Sequence record: MK514281.1
Direction: 5' to 3' (one strand)
Length of the DNA: 64,000 nt
The translations under genes and the position numbers were made by a program. Shown here piece by piece: positions 47,618-56,386 of the stretch (position 1 is the first letter of the stretch; each line of letters begins with the position of its first letter). The notes below the pieces were generated by a model. The model did not search any database, was not told the DNA's origin, and saw only the letters and a program-made list of their open reading frames with translations.

Positions 47618-48028
47618 ATGCGTACACTTGTTGTTGTTTTAACTGAACCGGCTGAGAACCAATCGATTGCTCTGACTATCCGTGACCCGTATCACGAGCT
47701 TACCTTTGACAAGATCGCAGGCTGGATCGAGTCAGCCACCGGTGACAGTGTATTTCGTGACAAATTCGATTTATTGTGTAACGAACACACCCTGGAAGTT
47801 TTGGTCGATGTAGTTGATGACGGCGACACGCCAACGGTGCATTTCGTCTACAGCAATACCCAGTGGAAAGATTGGGTAAAGTCAGTGGCAAAAGCTTTTG
47901 TTTACAATGACCCGCATTCTCGTAACTTCTGCACGGTGAAGGCCGCAGCCGCTTTACTGACCCGTGCGAAACCAACCCTTAGTGACCAACACAGCGATCT
48001 GCGTGGCATTGCCTACGTCGAGGAGTAA
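47618..48028 (+). CDS. Hypothetical protein
   Basis: 136 aa; AAGGA RBS. Confidence 0.6.
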   Translation: MRTLVVVLTEPAENQSIALTIRDPYHELTFDKIAGWIESATGDSVFRDKFDLLCNEHTLEVLVDVVDDGDTPTVHFVYSNTQWKDWVKSVAKAFVYNDPHSRNFCTVKAAAALLTRAKPTLSDQHSDLRGIAYVEE

Positions 48029-48030
48029 TC

Positions 48031-48462
48031 ATGGACAACAAGATTCAAGTCGTTATCTTATCGGATGATTCGTATCAGCAACGCTTCCTGTTCCTGGAAG
48101 TCCCTGCGCTCGTGAACAACACCGATACCGACATCACCGTCCGCAAGCTTATTAATGAAGCGACCGCAAAAGGACGCCCTGATTTTAACGTCTCTCTGAT
48201 CAGTGCAGGGATCGGTATGATTGCCGGCTCCAATAATGTTACCATGGAATACCAGATCAAAGCGAACTGCTCAGGTGCCGCTGGTGAGATCGCTGAGTAT
48301 ATCCGCACCGTAGGTAACTACGAGCGGGTACAGGTAGCAACTAAACCCCACATCGCTCTGGCAATGCTACACAACGAAGACTGGGTAGGTAAGCAAACCA
48401 TCGATCTGATGGATGCAACGCCATTCCTGACCATCACTCCAGTTACTGAAGAGACCTGCTAA
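48031..48462 (+). CDS. Hypothetical protein
   Basis: 143 aa; GAGGAG RBS. Confidence 0.6.
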   Translation: MDNKIQVVILSDDSYQQRFLFLEVPALVNNTDTDITVRKLINEATAKGRPDFNVSLISAGIGMIAGSNNVTMEYQIKANCSGAAGEIAEYIRTVGNYERVQVATKPHIALAMLHNEDWVGKQTIDLMDATPFLTITPVTEETC

Positions 48463-48463
48463 C

Positions 48464-49417
48464 ATGGCTGAAGTCATTAAACGCTCGCCGGGGATGAATC
48501 ACCATCCGGCACACCCTGGTATCTGGGTGCCCTTCGAAAGCTATCGTCTGAAAGACTACTACGACATCAAACTGAAAACCGGTGAGGTGTATAAGTGCTG
48601 GTACCCGAACGCCACCGCCTGGTCACCCCGGGGTGAATTGGTCGAAGGTCAGCCGGGTCGGGTAGAAGATGATGACGTGGTGGAGATCCGCCTGTTACCC
48701 GATGAAGAGATCACTGACCGTTATTGGTTCAAAGGCGAAGATCGTCTGAAGCGCAATATCGATTTCTTTGGCGATGTGTTGCCGGAAGTGATCACCGCAG
48801 AAGATGGCACGGTAACCTTTAAACCGATCACCCGTCGCGTGTTTGATGAGTTGGTGACCAGTAGTTGGGATGGCGAGAAAGCGATCTGGCTACGGGAGGA
48901 TGAGTTATCCGTCGAGGAGCTCAAGACCAGGCTCTGGAGTGAGAAGGGTGACATCGATCCTGATTCGATACTGGGTCGGTCATTCACCACTTATCTGACA
49001 CTACTCTGCACCCAGGCCAAGTACGAGCTTGAGTTGCTGGAAGTGCCGTGGAAGGGCAGTACGTTCTACATGAACCTGATGAGCGCCACTGACTATCAGC
49101 GTGAAGCGTGTCTGAATGCAGTGGTCAAACTTGAAGAGTTGGCCGCACAGAAGCAGGCTGAGGGGCGTTTACCTTCTACGCCTTGTCGTGGCGTTGTTCC
49201 TCATCTGCGTAAACAGCGTGCGGCGGTCACAGCAGCGGTGCATACATTGGTATCTGCCTTGGATCGTAAAGCGATAGCTGGCGCCAAGCACATGAAAGGT
49301 GATCGCTTTGTTACTAAAGGCGAAGCACGGGTAGTCGATGGTCAGAAACTGACCGGGAAGCAATTACGTAAACTGCAGAAGAAACAACGGAGGGCTGAAC
49401 GTGGAACAGTCGAATGA
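48464..49417 (+). CDS. Hypothetical protein with basic C-terminus
   Basis: 317 aa; ends GKQLRKLQKKQRRAERG. Confidence 0.65.
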   Translation: MAEVIKRSPGMNHHPAHPGIWVPFESYRLKDYYDIKLKTGEVYKCWYPNATAWSPRGELVEGQPGRVEDDDVVEIRLLPDEEITDRYWFKGEDRLKRNIDFFGDVLPEVITAEDGTVTFKPITRRVFDELVTSSWDGEKAIWLREDELSVEELKTRLWSEKGDIDPDSILGRSFTTYLTLLCTQAKYELELLEVPWKGSTFYMNLMSATDYQREACLNAVVKLEELAAQKQAEGRLPSTPCRGVVPHLRKQRAAVTAAVHTLVSALDRKAIAGAKHMKGDRFVTKGEARVVDGQKLTGKQLRKLQKKQRRAERGTVE

Positions 49418-49709
49418 AGAAATCAAACTAATCAGTGGTGATGAAGAACGTGGCGAAGCTTCGTATTTAGTCGAAAGTGAATACGAAGCCCGTGACGCGT
49501 ATCAACATTTCATTGAGCACTATACTGGCGATTCAATCACCGATGGCGAAGATCAGTGGCACACGGTTGCCAGTGAAGGATTCCTCAGTGACCTTGACTA
49601 TCCGGTGATTGTGATCTTCTACATCAACTGGGATCATGCTGACCGTCACGAAGTGAAGTCCGTTCCCGTCAATGGTTTGAGTGCGCTTGCGCCTCATCTG
49701 TTCAAATAA
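49401..49709 (+). CDS. Hypothetical acidic protein
   Basis: 102 aa; GTG start overlapping the upstream gene. Confidence 0.5.
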   Translation: MEQSNEEIKLISGDEERGEASYLVESEYEARDAYQHFIEHYTGDSITDGEDQWHTVASEGFLSDLDYPVIVIFYINWDHADRHEVKSVPVNGLSALAPHLFK

Positions 49710-49734
49710 GTTCCATTAACCCAAAGAGGTAATT

Positions 49735-50028
49735 ATGTCGTTCACACTGTCAAAGAAACTCGTTCCTGTTCTGCTCACCGCGAAAGACGGCCGTAAGTAC
49801 GCCGTTGTTAATGGCGGTAACCGCGCCAAGCTGACCCTCGGCTTTGATGACGGGATCAGTCAGGAGGTTGCTGTGCCTTTTGAGCAGATTCCTGAAGAAG
49901 CGCGCACCAACGGCACTAAACTGTATTTCGATGCAGAAGGTGCGGTGACGGGCTGGGATGCAGCACCGGGTGGAAAGACGAAGTCAAGCACGACTGCCGG
50001 ATCAATGACCATGCGTCGTCCTGGCTAA
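49735..50028 (+). CDS. Hypothetical protein
   Basis: 97 aa; GAGG RBS. Confidence 0.6.
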   Translation: MSFTLSKKLVPVLLTAKDGRKYAVVNGGNRAKLTLGFDDGISQEVAVPFEQIPEEARTNGTKLYFDAEGAVTGWDAAPGGKTKSSTTAGSMTMRRPG

Positions 50029-50036
50029 ACCATCAG

Positions 50037-50062
50037 GGGGAGGGAAACCTCCCCTTATGCCG
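50037..50062 (+). terminator. GC hairpin + TATGCC element
   Basis: GGGGAGG-GAAA-CCTCCCC-TTATGCCG. Confidence 0.8.
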
Positions 50063-50074
50063 TATGGAGGGGTT

Positions 50075-50605
50075 ATGAGTTTATTGATCTACACTGACGG
50101 GTTGTTAATCGGGGATCGTCGGGGAACACGTAATGCAGAGCATGAGCGATTCATCCGTGACATGAAGAAGACCCATGTTTCGAAATGCAAGCGCTTAGCG
50201 TTAGGGGTGGTAGGGGAAGAGATTCATCCAACAGATCTGCCAAAGGTGATGACCTTCTTTATTAACTCGCTGACCGATCACTATCATCGTGAACACGACG
50301 TGGGCTATACCCACAGCTATAGCGAAGAAGAGTCATTGGTAGCCGGTCTTGAGAATCGTCGTTTTATCCTGATGACAGCTGACCGGGCTTTTATCATTAA
50401 CTTCGGCTCTTTGACTGAGATCACTCACGAGCCCTGGTATTGCTCAGGTAACGGGATGGTGATGGCCGATGTCTTTCTGACTGCAGGGATGTCGCCAGGG
50501 AAAGTAATTGAAGCGGTGGCTAAACTTAACCTGGAAGTGGGGCATTCATTTACCCGTGTCGAACAGTCTCGCTTAAAACCCTTGATTAAGAAGGTGGAAG
50601 AATGA
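50075..50605 (+). CDS. HslV/proteasome-beta-like (Ntn fold) protein
   Basis: MSLLIYTDGLLIGDRR...LALGVVG...YCSGNG...FLTAGMSPGKVIEAV pattern; GGAGG RBS. Confidence 0.5.
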   Translation: MSLLIYTDGLLIGDRRGTRNAEHERFIRDMKKTHVSKCKRLALGVVGEEIHPTDLPKVMTFFINSLTDHYHREHDVGYTHSYSEEESLVAGLENRRFILMTADRAFIINFGSLTEITHEPWYCSGNGMVMADVFLTAGMSPGKVIEAVAKLNLEVGHSFTRVEQSRLKPLIKKVEE

Positions 50606-51120
50606 GTGGCATATTCGCAGCCCAAGGGCGTAACCTGGTGTTTCCTACTCAGCTGGAGAAAAGGAGTGGGCTTTACTACACCCCGCCTCCTGAAGCGTGC
50701 TGGATGCCTTGGGGGCGTTACTTCCCGCTGTCAGCAACCAGCTTCAATATCCTCGAGCATTTCATGACCGGAGAAGATCTGCCACGGGAGAGTTCATACT
50801 CGACGCATGTGCTCGGTATTCTGGTCACACCAAACGGACTGATCTACGAATACATCAATACCGTTGAAGGGATTAGACGGCGGGTTGTTCCTTTGGGTAA
50901 AGGCGCAGTGTATTGTCGCTCCGATGATCCATTGCTGGAAGAAGCTATGACAGCAGCGATGGTAGTCCATGACCAGCTGGTTGACGCCATTACACTGGTA
51001 GGGAAGTCCCGCAAACTGATGACCCATCAGTACAAATATACAACACTGGACAAAGTATATGCGGAAATAAAGGAACGTAAAATTGTCCTGCAACCGCCCA
51101 CGAGGAATAATCTAATTTAA
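50602..51120 (+). CDS. Hypothetical protein, possible divergent Ntn-fold paralogue
   Basis: MSG N-terminus; GILVTPNGLIYEY and AMTAAMVVHDQLVDAI parallel the upstream protein. Confidence 0.45.
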   Translation: MSGIFAAQGRNLVFPTQLEKRSGLYYTPPPEACWMPWGRYFPLSATSFNILEHFMTGEDLPRESSYSTHVLGILVTPNGLIYEYINTVEGIRRRVVPLGKGAVYCRSDDPLLEEAMTAAMVVHDQLVDAITLVGKSRKLMTHQYKYTTLDKVYAEIKERKIVLQPPTRNNLI

Positions 51121-51145
51121 CCCCTGTTTATATAGAAAGGAAAAT

Positions 51146-51592
51146 ATGAACAACTTTATTAACGATGCTTTAGATATCATTGAACTTAACGAAAGTAGTG
51201 CACGTACTGAACTCTGCCGCAAGCAGGAAGCTTCGTTACCGGCCTATATTCTCAAACTGGCGACCCGACTGGCCAAGAAGATTGCCTATGCAGTTCGCTT
51301 AATGGAGAAACGCGATGAAGGGTATGTTCGTCTTGGTACTTATAGCGATCGCTGGTTACTCTGTTTTGGTGACCGCATCAGCCGTTATGGCATGCATACG
51401 TCGGGTAAGCATGCGCTCTATCTTACCTTGGATTGGGCTACTTTTATCCGTGACCATAAGTTATTTGACGTGGCAAATCACCTACTTCAATTGGCTCTGG
51501 GCAAGTTGCTTCCTGGGCATTGTGTGTTACTGGGCGGTGAAACACCCAAACACGAATTCGAGTTCGTGATCTGCAAACAAACAACAAAATAA
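51146..51592 (+). CDS. Hypothetical protein
   Basis: 148 aa; AAGGA RBS. Confidence 0.6.
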   Translation: MNNFINDALDIIELNESSARTELCRKQEASLPAYILKLATRLAKKIAYAVRLMEKRDEGYVRLGTYSDRWLLCFGDRISRYGMHTSGKHALYLTLDWATFIRDHKLFDVANHLLQLALGKLLPGHCVLLGGETPKHEFEFVICKQTTK

Positions 51593-51603
51593 GAGAGGGC
51601 GTC

Positions 51604-52023
51604 ATGCCACAACGTGGTACAACACCAAGCTTTGCAGAATTCACACAGCAAGAACTGGCAGAGAAGGTAATCCCGATACTGCCAGATTACTGTAACCGTC
51701 TTTGTGGGGTCATGATCAGCACATGCTTTGCGCATCGCGTGGGGCTTACTGACAAATCTGTACTGCGTTTTGCTGAGTATCACTTCAACCCCACACCCGA
51801 CCTAGCGCGACAAACAGACTGGTCGGTGGAAGTGCGAAGTGAGCAGTGTGTGGTTTATGAACTCAACATCCCCAAGTTTGTCCATGAGGCTGGATTGGTA
51901 AAGCAGTTTTTAGATATCCTCTCCAGCCATCTTGAACTTTATTTCACTGACAGTAAGGTGCTCCTCGGTCATGTACTCCCGCCGTGCTTCCTTACTATCC
52001 GCATTGAGAAAACAACACCATGA
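51604..52023 (+). CDS. Hypothetical protein
   Basis: 139 aa; GAGGG RBS. Confidence 0.6.
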   Translation: MPQRGTTPSFAEFTQQELAEKVIPILPDYCNRLCGVMISTCFAHRVGLTDKSVLRFAEYHFNPTPDLARQTDWSVEVRSEQCVVYELNIPKFVHEAGLVKQFLDILSSHLELYFTDSKVLLGHVLPPCFLTIRIEKTTP

Positions 52024-52787
52024 ATCTTTATCTCGTCTCTGACAGTCGTTATACCCCGCCAGGTGATTTCTACAACAACTGGTTAGTCCACGCTAATAGT
52101 CGTGACAATGCCGCGATGTTGTGTAATTCACGTTGTCTGGTTGATACCTTTGAGATCGGTAGCCTGAACTACAACAACGGCGAACTGATCATGATGCACA
52201 AGACCGTCCAGCACACGGATGAACCACGTCTGAAGCAGAAGGTTGGGGATGCGCTGTATTATCCTTTAACGGTATCGCCTGACAGCAGTGCCTTTGACCG
52301 TATCATTGGTGAGATCGTGAACAAAGCCGCCTCTCCGTTACCGGAAGGTGTCTCTGTCGATCGCCTTCTCATCAATGCTGACAGTCCTGAAGCGCTGTTC
52401 TTTATCTCGCGCCATGACTTTGGTGCATCACGTTGTTACTACAAGATCCCCAGTGAACTCGACAGCCAAATCTCTAAACTGCTGGACTTCAATAAAGGTG
52501 AGCGTATTCCCCGTACGTCTCACGAACCGGTTGTGCTCTCCTGGCGTAGTCGTCTCTCCCTCATGATCGCGCGTCAGCATGATGATGCGTACAACCATGA
52601 GAAGCTGGAGATCTACCGTAAAATGGCATTTGATCTGGTAGCTACCGCTACCGTCGAGGATAGCGCCACGCCTGTTGCCCTCGACCCTGATCAACCGGAC
52701 TTCAAAGTCTGGATGCCGGGAATTGATGAAGAGAAGATCCATCAAGCGCTGGATACGTTAGGTGCGCCACGTCAGTTAGGGGAATAG
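52020..52787 (+). CDS. Hypothetical protein
   Basis: 255 aa; ATGA overlap with the upstream gene. Confidence 0.65.
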   Translation: MNLYLVSDSRYTPPGDFYNNWLVHANSRDNAAMLCNSRCLVDTFEIGSLNYNNGELIMMHKTVQHTDEPRLKQKVGDALYYPLTVSPDSSAFDRIIGEIVNKAASPLPEGVSVDRLLINADSPEALFFISRHDFGASRCYYKIPSELDSQISKLLDFNKGERIPRTSHEPVVLSWRSRLSLMIARQHDDAYNHEKLEIYRKMAFDLVATATVEDSATPVALDPDQPDFKVWMPGIDEEKIHQALDTLGAPRQLGE

Positions 52788-52796
52788 CCTATTATA

Positions 52797-52915
52797 TAGG
52801 TTGTAACTCAATGGGATGGTGATCTTTTATCTTCCGCGGGTGAGGGTTAGAACCCGGCTGTGGCCGCATAGCCAAAGTCGGTTAATCAAAGTCGACGGAT
52901 TTGGATTACCCGGCG
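52797..52915 (+). ncRNA. Degenerate tRNA-like sequences (possible pseudo-tRNAs)
   Basis: TAACTCAATGG D-loop-like, GGGTTAGAACCC T-loop-like, and a second GGCCGCATAGCCAAAGTCGGTTAA 5'-half-like segment; acceptor and anticodon stems do not pair. Confidence 0.25.
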
Positions 52916-52974
52916 TGACTTGTCATTGTTTCACTTTGTTCTACTACACAAACAGCTCAACTCTCTCATAATTC

Positions 52975-53005
52975 AAGGGGTGGGGTAACTCACCCCTTTA
53001 TGCCG
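52975..53005 (+). terminator. GC hairpin + TATGCC element
   Basis: AAGGGGTGGG-GTAA-CTCACCCCTT-TATGCCG. Confidence 0.75.
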
Positions 53006-53020
53006 CAAGGATCTATTATC

Positions 53021-53353
53021 ATGCAGGAATTCTTCAAAAGCTACGGCACGTACTTCTTTGATGTACTCATGTTTATCATGGTGTTCGCCTGGTGTTTCTG
53101 TGGCAGTGGCGGTACACGTCATGACAAAAACAAATGGTTGCGTTACGGCGCACCTGTTGCATTTGGTCTTTTTGTTGTGCTGGTCGTCCACGGGTTTGGT
53201 GCATTTGATCGTTATCTGGAAAGGAATAAGTGCGCTGACTTACCAATAGGTGTCGGTGTAATGATTGAAGACCGCTGCTACAAGCGCGTTGATGGACCCG
53301 TGTACATATCCGCCGACAGTACCGTGTACAAGGAGAGCAATGTACATGACTGA
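53021..53353 (+). CDS. Small two-TM membrane protein
   Basis: AAGGA RBS; two hydrophobic helices and a Cys pair in the tail. Confidence 0.6.
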   Translation: MQEFFKSYGTYFFDVLMFIMVFAWCFCGSGGTRHDKNKWLRYGAPVAFGLFVVLVVHGFGAFDRYLERNKCADLPIGVGVMIEDRCYKRVDGPVYISADSTVYKESNVHD

Positions 53354-53549
53354 TTTGTGGTTGTACATTGCAATCTTTCTGCTCTGTTATATCTGGGCAT
53401 TCTTCGGTCTTCCACCTACCGGTAATAAAAGAAAGCTTTATCTGTATCCGGGAATCGTTGCAGTAGCGTTCTGTTTAGGTGTAATGGCGATTAAGAACTG
53501 CAGTGATTCAACCACACGATATCAACCGCTGTACAACGTGCATCAATAA
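53340..53549 (+). CDS. Small two-TM membrane protein
   Basis: AGGAG RBS; LWLYIAIFLLCYIWAFF and GIVAVAFCLGVMAI. Confidence 0.55.
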   Translation: MYMTDLWLYIAIFLLCYIWAFFGLPPTGNKRKLYLYPGIVAVAFCLGVMAIKNCSDSTTRYQPLYNVHQ

Positions 53550-53552
53550 CGG

Positions 53553-53580
53553 GAGGAGGCTTTGGCCTCCTCTTATGCCG
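53553..53580 (+). terminator. GC hairpin + TATGCC element
   Basis: GAGGAGGC-TTTG-GCCTCCTC-TTATGCCG. Confidence 0.8.
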
Positions 53581-53650
53581 ACTATTCTTTTTTGGTTATT
53601 TCCTACATCTACCCGCAAATCATTTAGCCCATTATACACTGGAGTTATTC

Positions 53651-54205
53651 ATGGAAAAGATTACGAGCGATACGATCCTTGCTAAGTTACGTGAGGTGGC
53701 AGAAACAAACAAAGAAAACCAACATCATAAACTCCGCTCAATAAGCCAAACCATGGCGTACAACATTGAAGCGATCGTCGAGCTGATTGCGTTATCGGGT
53801 GAGATGCACCTTGACCTGCTTGATCGACACAAGGTTGATGCGATCATAGAGCCGCATTACAAAGGCAATCAACGGGCTTATAGTCGATTGAGCCATACCG
53901 CCTCTATTCATACGGGCATGGAATACCTTGCCGGCAACGCACACATCTATACCAACGACGACGGTAAAGAAGCGGTACGAATCATCTGCACCTTTAAATT
54001 TAAGCGCGACTTCCTGCAACCTAGCTTATTACCTAAGGTACTTCACTACTGCCTGCGGGAGCTTCAACCGCAGTTTGATGATGGCGGCAGTAGCGTCTTC
54101 TTCCACACACCGGGTGAGTTAGATAATCCCCGTCTTAAAGCCATTCCGGGCTGGCACGTCGACGCTAACGTCCGTGATAACTCCATTGTCATTAGTTTAC
54201 GTTAA
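53651..54205 (+). CDS. Hypothetical protein
   Basis: 184 aa; GGAG RBS. Confidence 0.65.
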   Translation: MEKITSDTILAKLREVAETNKENQHHKLRSISQTMAYNIEAIVELIALSGEMHLDLLDRHKVDAIIEPHYKGNQRAYSRLSHTASIHTGMEYLAGNAHIYTNDDGKEAVRIICTFKFKRDFLQPSLLPKVLHYCLRELQPQFDDGGSSVFFHTPGELDNPRLKAIPGWHVDANVRDNSIVISLR

Positions 54206-54215
54206 GGAACCAAAC

Positions 54216-54926
54216 ATGATCGTTGTTGTTGTTGATACTGAATCGACTGCTTTGGATGAGCTCGCGGGTATTCTGAGTTTGTCCGCTATTCGCACTAACG
54301 TGGCTGACATGAGTTGCATCAAGCACCTGATCGGCGTGCACCAAGCCGGCAAGACGCATGACGACATCTTCCATGCCGTATTGAACCTTAATGAACAATA
54401 CGTGATGGGTCGTACCTTCTTGCAAAGCACCCAGGATTGGTGGATGAAGAAAACCACCCCGGCGGCGAAGGCTTCAGTAACCGGACCAACACAGTCTGCA
54501 AAAGATGCTTTGACAGCATTTGTGGTTTTCATCGAAAAGGCCATTGAGGCGACGATTAACGAACGCGGGGAGAAAGCGAAGGTCCAGCTGTACTACCGTG
54601 GCGACTTCGATGCTAAAGCCATTGCGTCCCTGGCAAAAGCGGTGGGTGTTGAACTCCCGTATATCTTCAATCAGAACAAAGAGATCCGCACATATATCGA
54701 TGCCAAGCTGGACACGGATATCGGTTATATCCCGTGGCTCGGTTACCCAGAAGGACTGGGGCGTCATAGCTCACTCGATGATGTTCTAATCGATGGCTTC
54801 GAGATGGCGGTGGCCTATCGCATCAATCACCTCGAAAAGTTCGATAAAAAGTCGGTGCCGGGTGAGATCGCCAAACTGAAAGAAACGTACCCTGTTCCGG
54901 AGAAAACCCATGCAAAATCTAAATGA
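54216..54926 (+). CDS. DEDDh 3'-5' exonuclease (Rv2179c-like exoribonuclease family)
   Basis: VVVDTES, TQDWW, YYRGDFD, HSSLDD; AAGGA RBS before ATG 54216. Confidence 0.75.
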   Translation: MIVVVVDTESTALDELAGILSLSAIRTNVADMSCIKHLIGVHQAGKTHDDIFHAVLNLNEQYVMGRTFLQSTQDWWMKKTTPAAKASVTGPTQSAKDALTAFVVFIEKAIEATINERGEKAKVQLYYRGDFDAKAIASLAKAVGVELPYIFNQNKEIRTYIDAKLDTDIGYIPWLGYPEGLGRHSSLDDVLIDGFEMAVAYRINHLEKFDKKSVPGEIAKLKETYPVPEKTHAKSK

Positions 54927-55632
54927 CCGTATCTTTGCCAATTATAATGGTTACATTGAAGCTATTGATGCACATTTTAAACCTACCTATCAACTGCAGC
55001 TAGCTGAGCAAGTCATCCCGGCTGAGCAGATGGATAAGCTTGTAACCTGGATGGACCACAACGCCCATGTCAAAGGTGCGACGGTCTACCTGATGGAGTT
55101 GGTGCCTGATCTCGATAAACCGCATCCTGCACAATCAGAGATGCGTGTGTTTATTGCACTCGGTATGTTTAATCGTGAAGTCAACCCTGATTTGCCTTAC
55201 TGGTGTCATGTACATCGCCATTACCCGGTTAACCTCGCTGTCGACTTGATTGTTACTGACCTGCAAGGCGTTCCTGTAACCCATGCCGTTCTGACTGCGT
55301 TTAAGTCATTTGATCGAGCGCGTACCTACAGGGATAATCTCGGCGGCAAAGGTGGGCATCAACCGCATCACGAAATCCATACTGGCATTATTGACCAAAG
55401 TGGTAAGGTGATCTTCGAAGCCTACGGGAATATCAACTGGCATACCAAGAATGCCATTCGTCTGCTGGCCGAACGACAGATCCTGCAGGAAGATACCGAG
55501 TTGTCAGCGGTGTGGTTACTGGCGGGTTTAAAAGCAGGTGTCAACTGGAAAGTCGAAGACCATGTTGACATCATGAAAGCAATTGATACTTTCCGTCCGA
55601 GGAATACCCATGATTTTAACGGCTATGTTTAA
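54910..55632 (+). CDS. Hypothetical protein
   Basis: 240 aa; GGAG RBS. Confidence 0.65.
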   Translation: MQNLNDRIFANYNGYIEAIDAHFKPTYQLQLAEQVIPAEQMDKLVTWMDHNAHVKGATVYLMELVPDLDKPHPAQSEMRVFIALGMFNREVNPDLPYWCHVHRHYPVNLAVDLIVTDLQGVPVTHAVLTAFKSFDRARTYRDNLGGKGGHQPHHEIHTGIIDQSGKVIFEAYGNINWHTKNAIRLLAERQILQEDTELSAVWLLAGLKAGVNWKVEDHVDIMKAIDTFRPRNTHDFNGYV

Positions 55633-56374
55633 GAAGTGCTTTGGTGCTTCATCTGTCTATAAAGAAGATGACGGCAGCACGCGTATTACCGCCGACCAGT
55701 ATGAGCTTACGCTGGGGCGATCCTACAACCCTAAGCTTAAGCGTAAGGTAGGTCGGGGATTTGGCTTCTATGTCGAAAATGGTGAGAAGCTCGAGTTCGT
55801 CCTGCGGGGTTACTGGTTTGTGTTGATTGCCTGGAGCAAGAAGCGCAAATCACTCAAGTGGGACGAAGTGGAGAATGCACCGACCTACGGCTTCAATGTT
55901 GTCGACTCTGACTTAGCGATCTATCTGGGCAACGAATCCGCTAAGTCAGACAAACACATCAGCATGCGTAGTCGCAGCAAATACATCCCCCTGCCTTGGG
56001 CCTGGGTCTTCCATAAGCGTGAAGTGTTAACCACCCGTGACACCTGGACTGATGTCAAAGAAGGTGCGCTGTCTCAAGAGTGGTCGTTCCCCGCCACATA
56101 CATCACCAAGCACAATGAAGTGCAAGAGTTGATGGTCGAAGCGAAGATGGAGCGCATGAGTTGGCGCCTGGCATGGCTACCTTGGTTCGCGCCGGTTAGC
56201 AAGAAAGACCGCTCGGTAAGTTACAAGTACCACGGGAACGGTGGTAACGGGGTTGGTCACGATGCCAGTGGGTGGAAAGGCGGGGTCATCGGCGGTGGCA
56301 TTATCATGCGGGACAATGAACACAACCCGAAAGAAACATTCGACCGTTTAATTAAAGAGCAGCATTACGGCTAA
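55610..56374 (+). CDS. Hypothetical Trp-rich protein
   Basis: GAGGA RBS before ATG 55610. Confidence 0.6.
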   Translation: MILTAMFKKCFGASSVYKEDDGSTRITADQYELTLGRSYNPKLKRKVGRGFGFYVENGEKLEFVLRGYWFVLIAWSKKRKSLKWDEVENAPTYGFNVVDSDLAIYLGNESAKSDKHISMRSRSKYIPLPWAWVFHKREVLTTRDTWTDVKEGALSQEWSFPATYITKHNEVQELMVEAKMERMSWRLAWLPWFAPVSKKDRSVSYKYHGNGGNGVGHDASGWKGGVIGGGIIMRDNEHNPKETFDRLIKEQHYG

Positions 56375-56386
56375 GAAGGAAAGCAC

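Noticed and set aside
52797-52870. Functional tRNA gene
   Set aside because: Acceptor and anticodon stems do not base-pair; kept only as a low-confidence remnant
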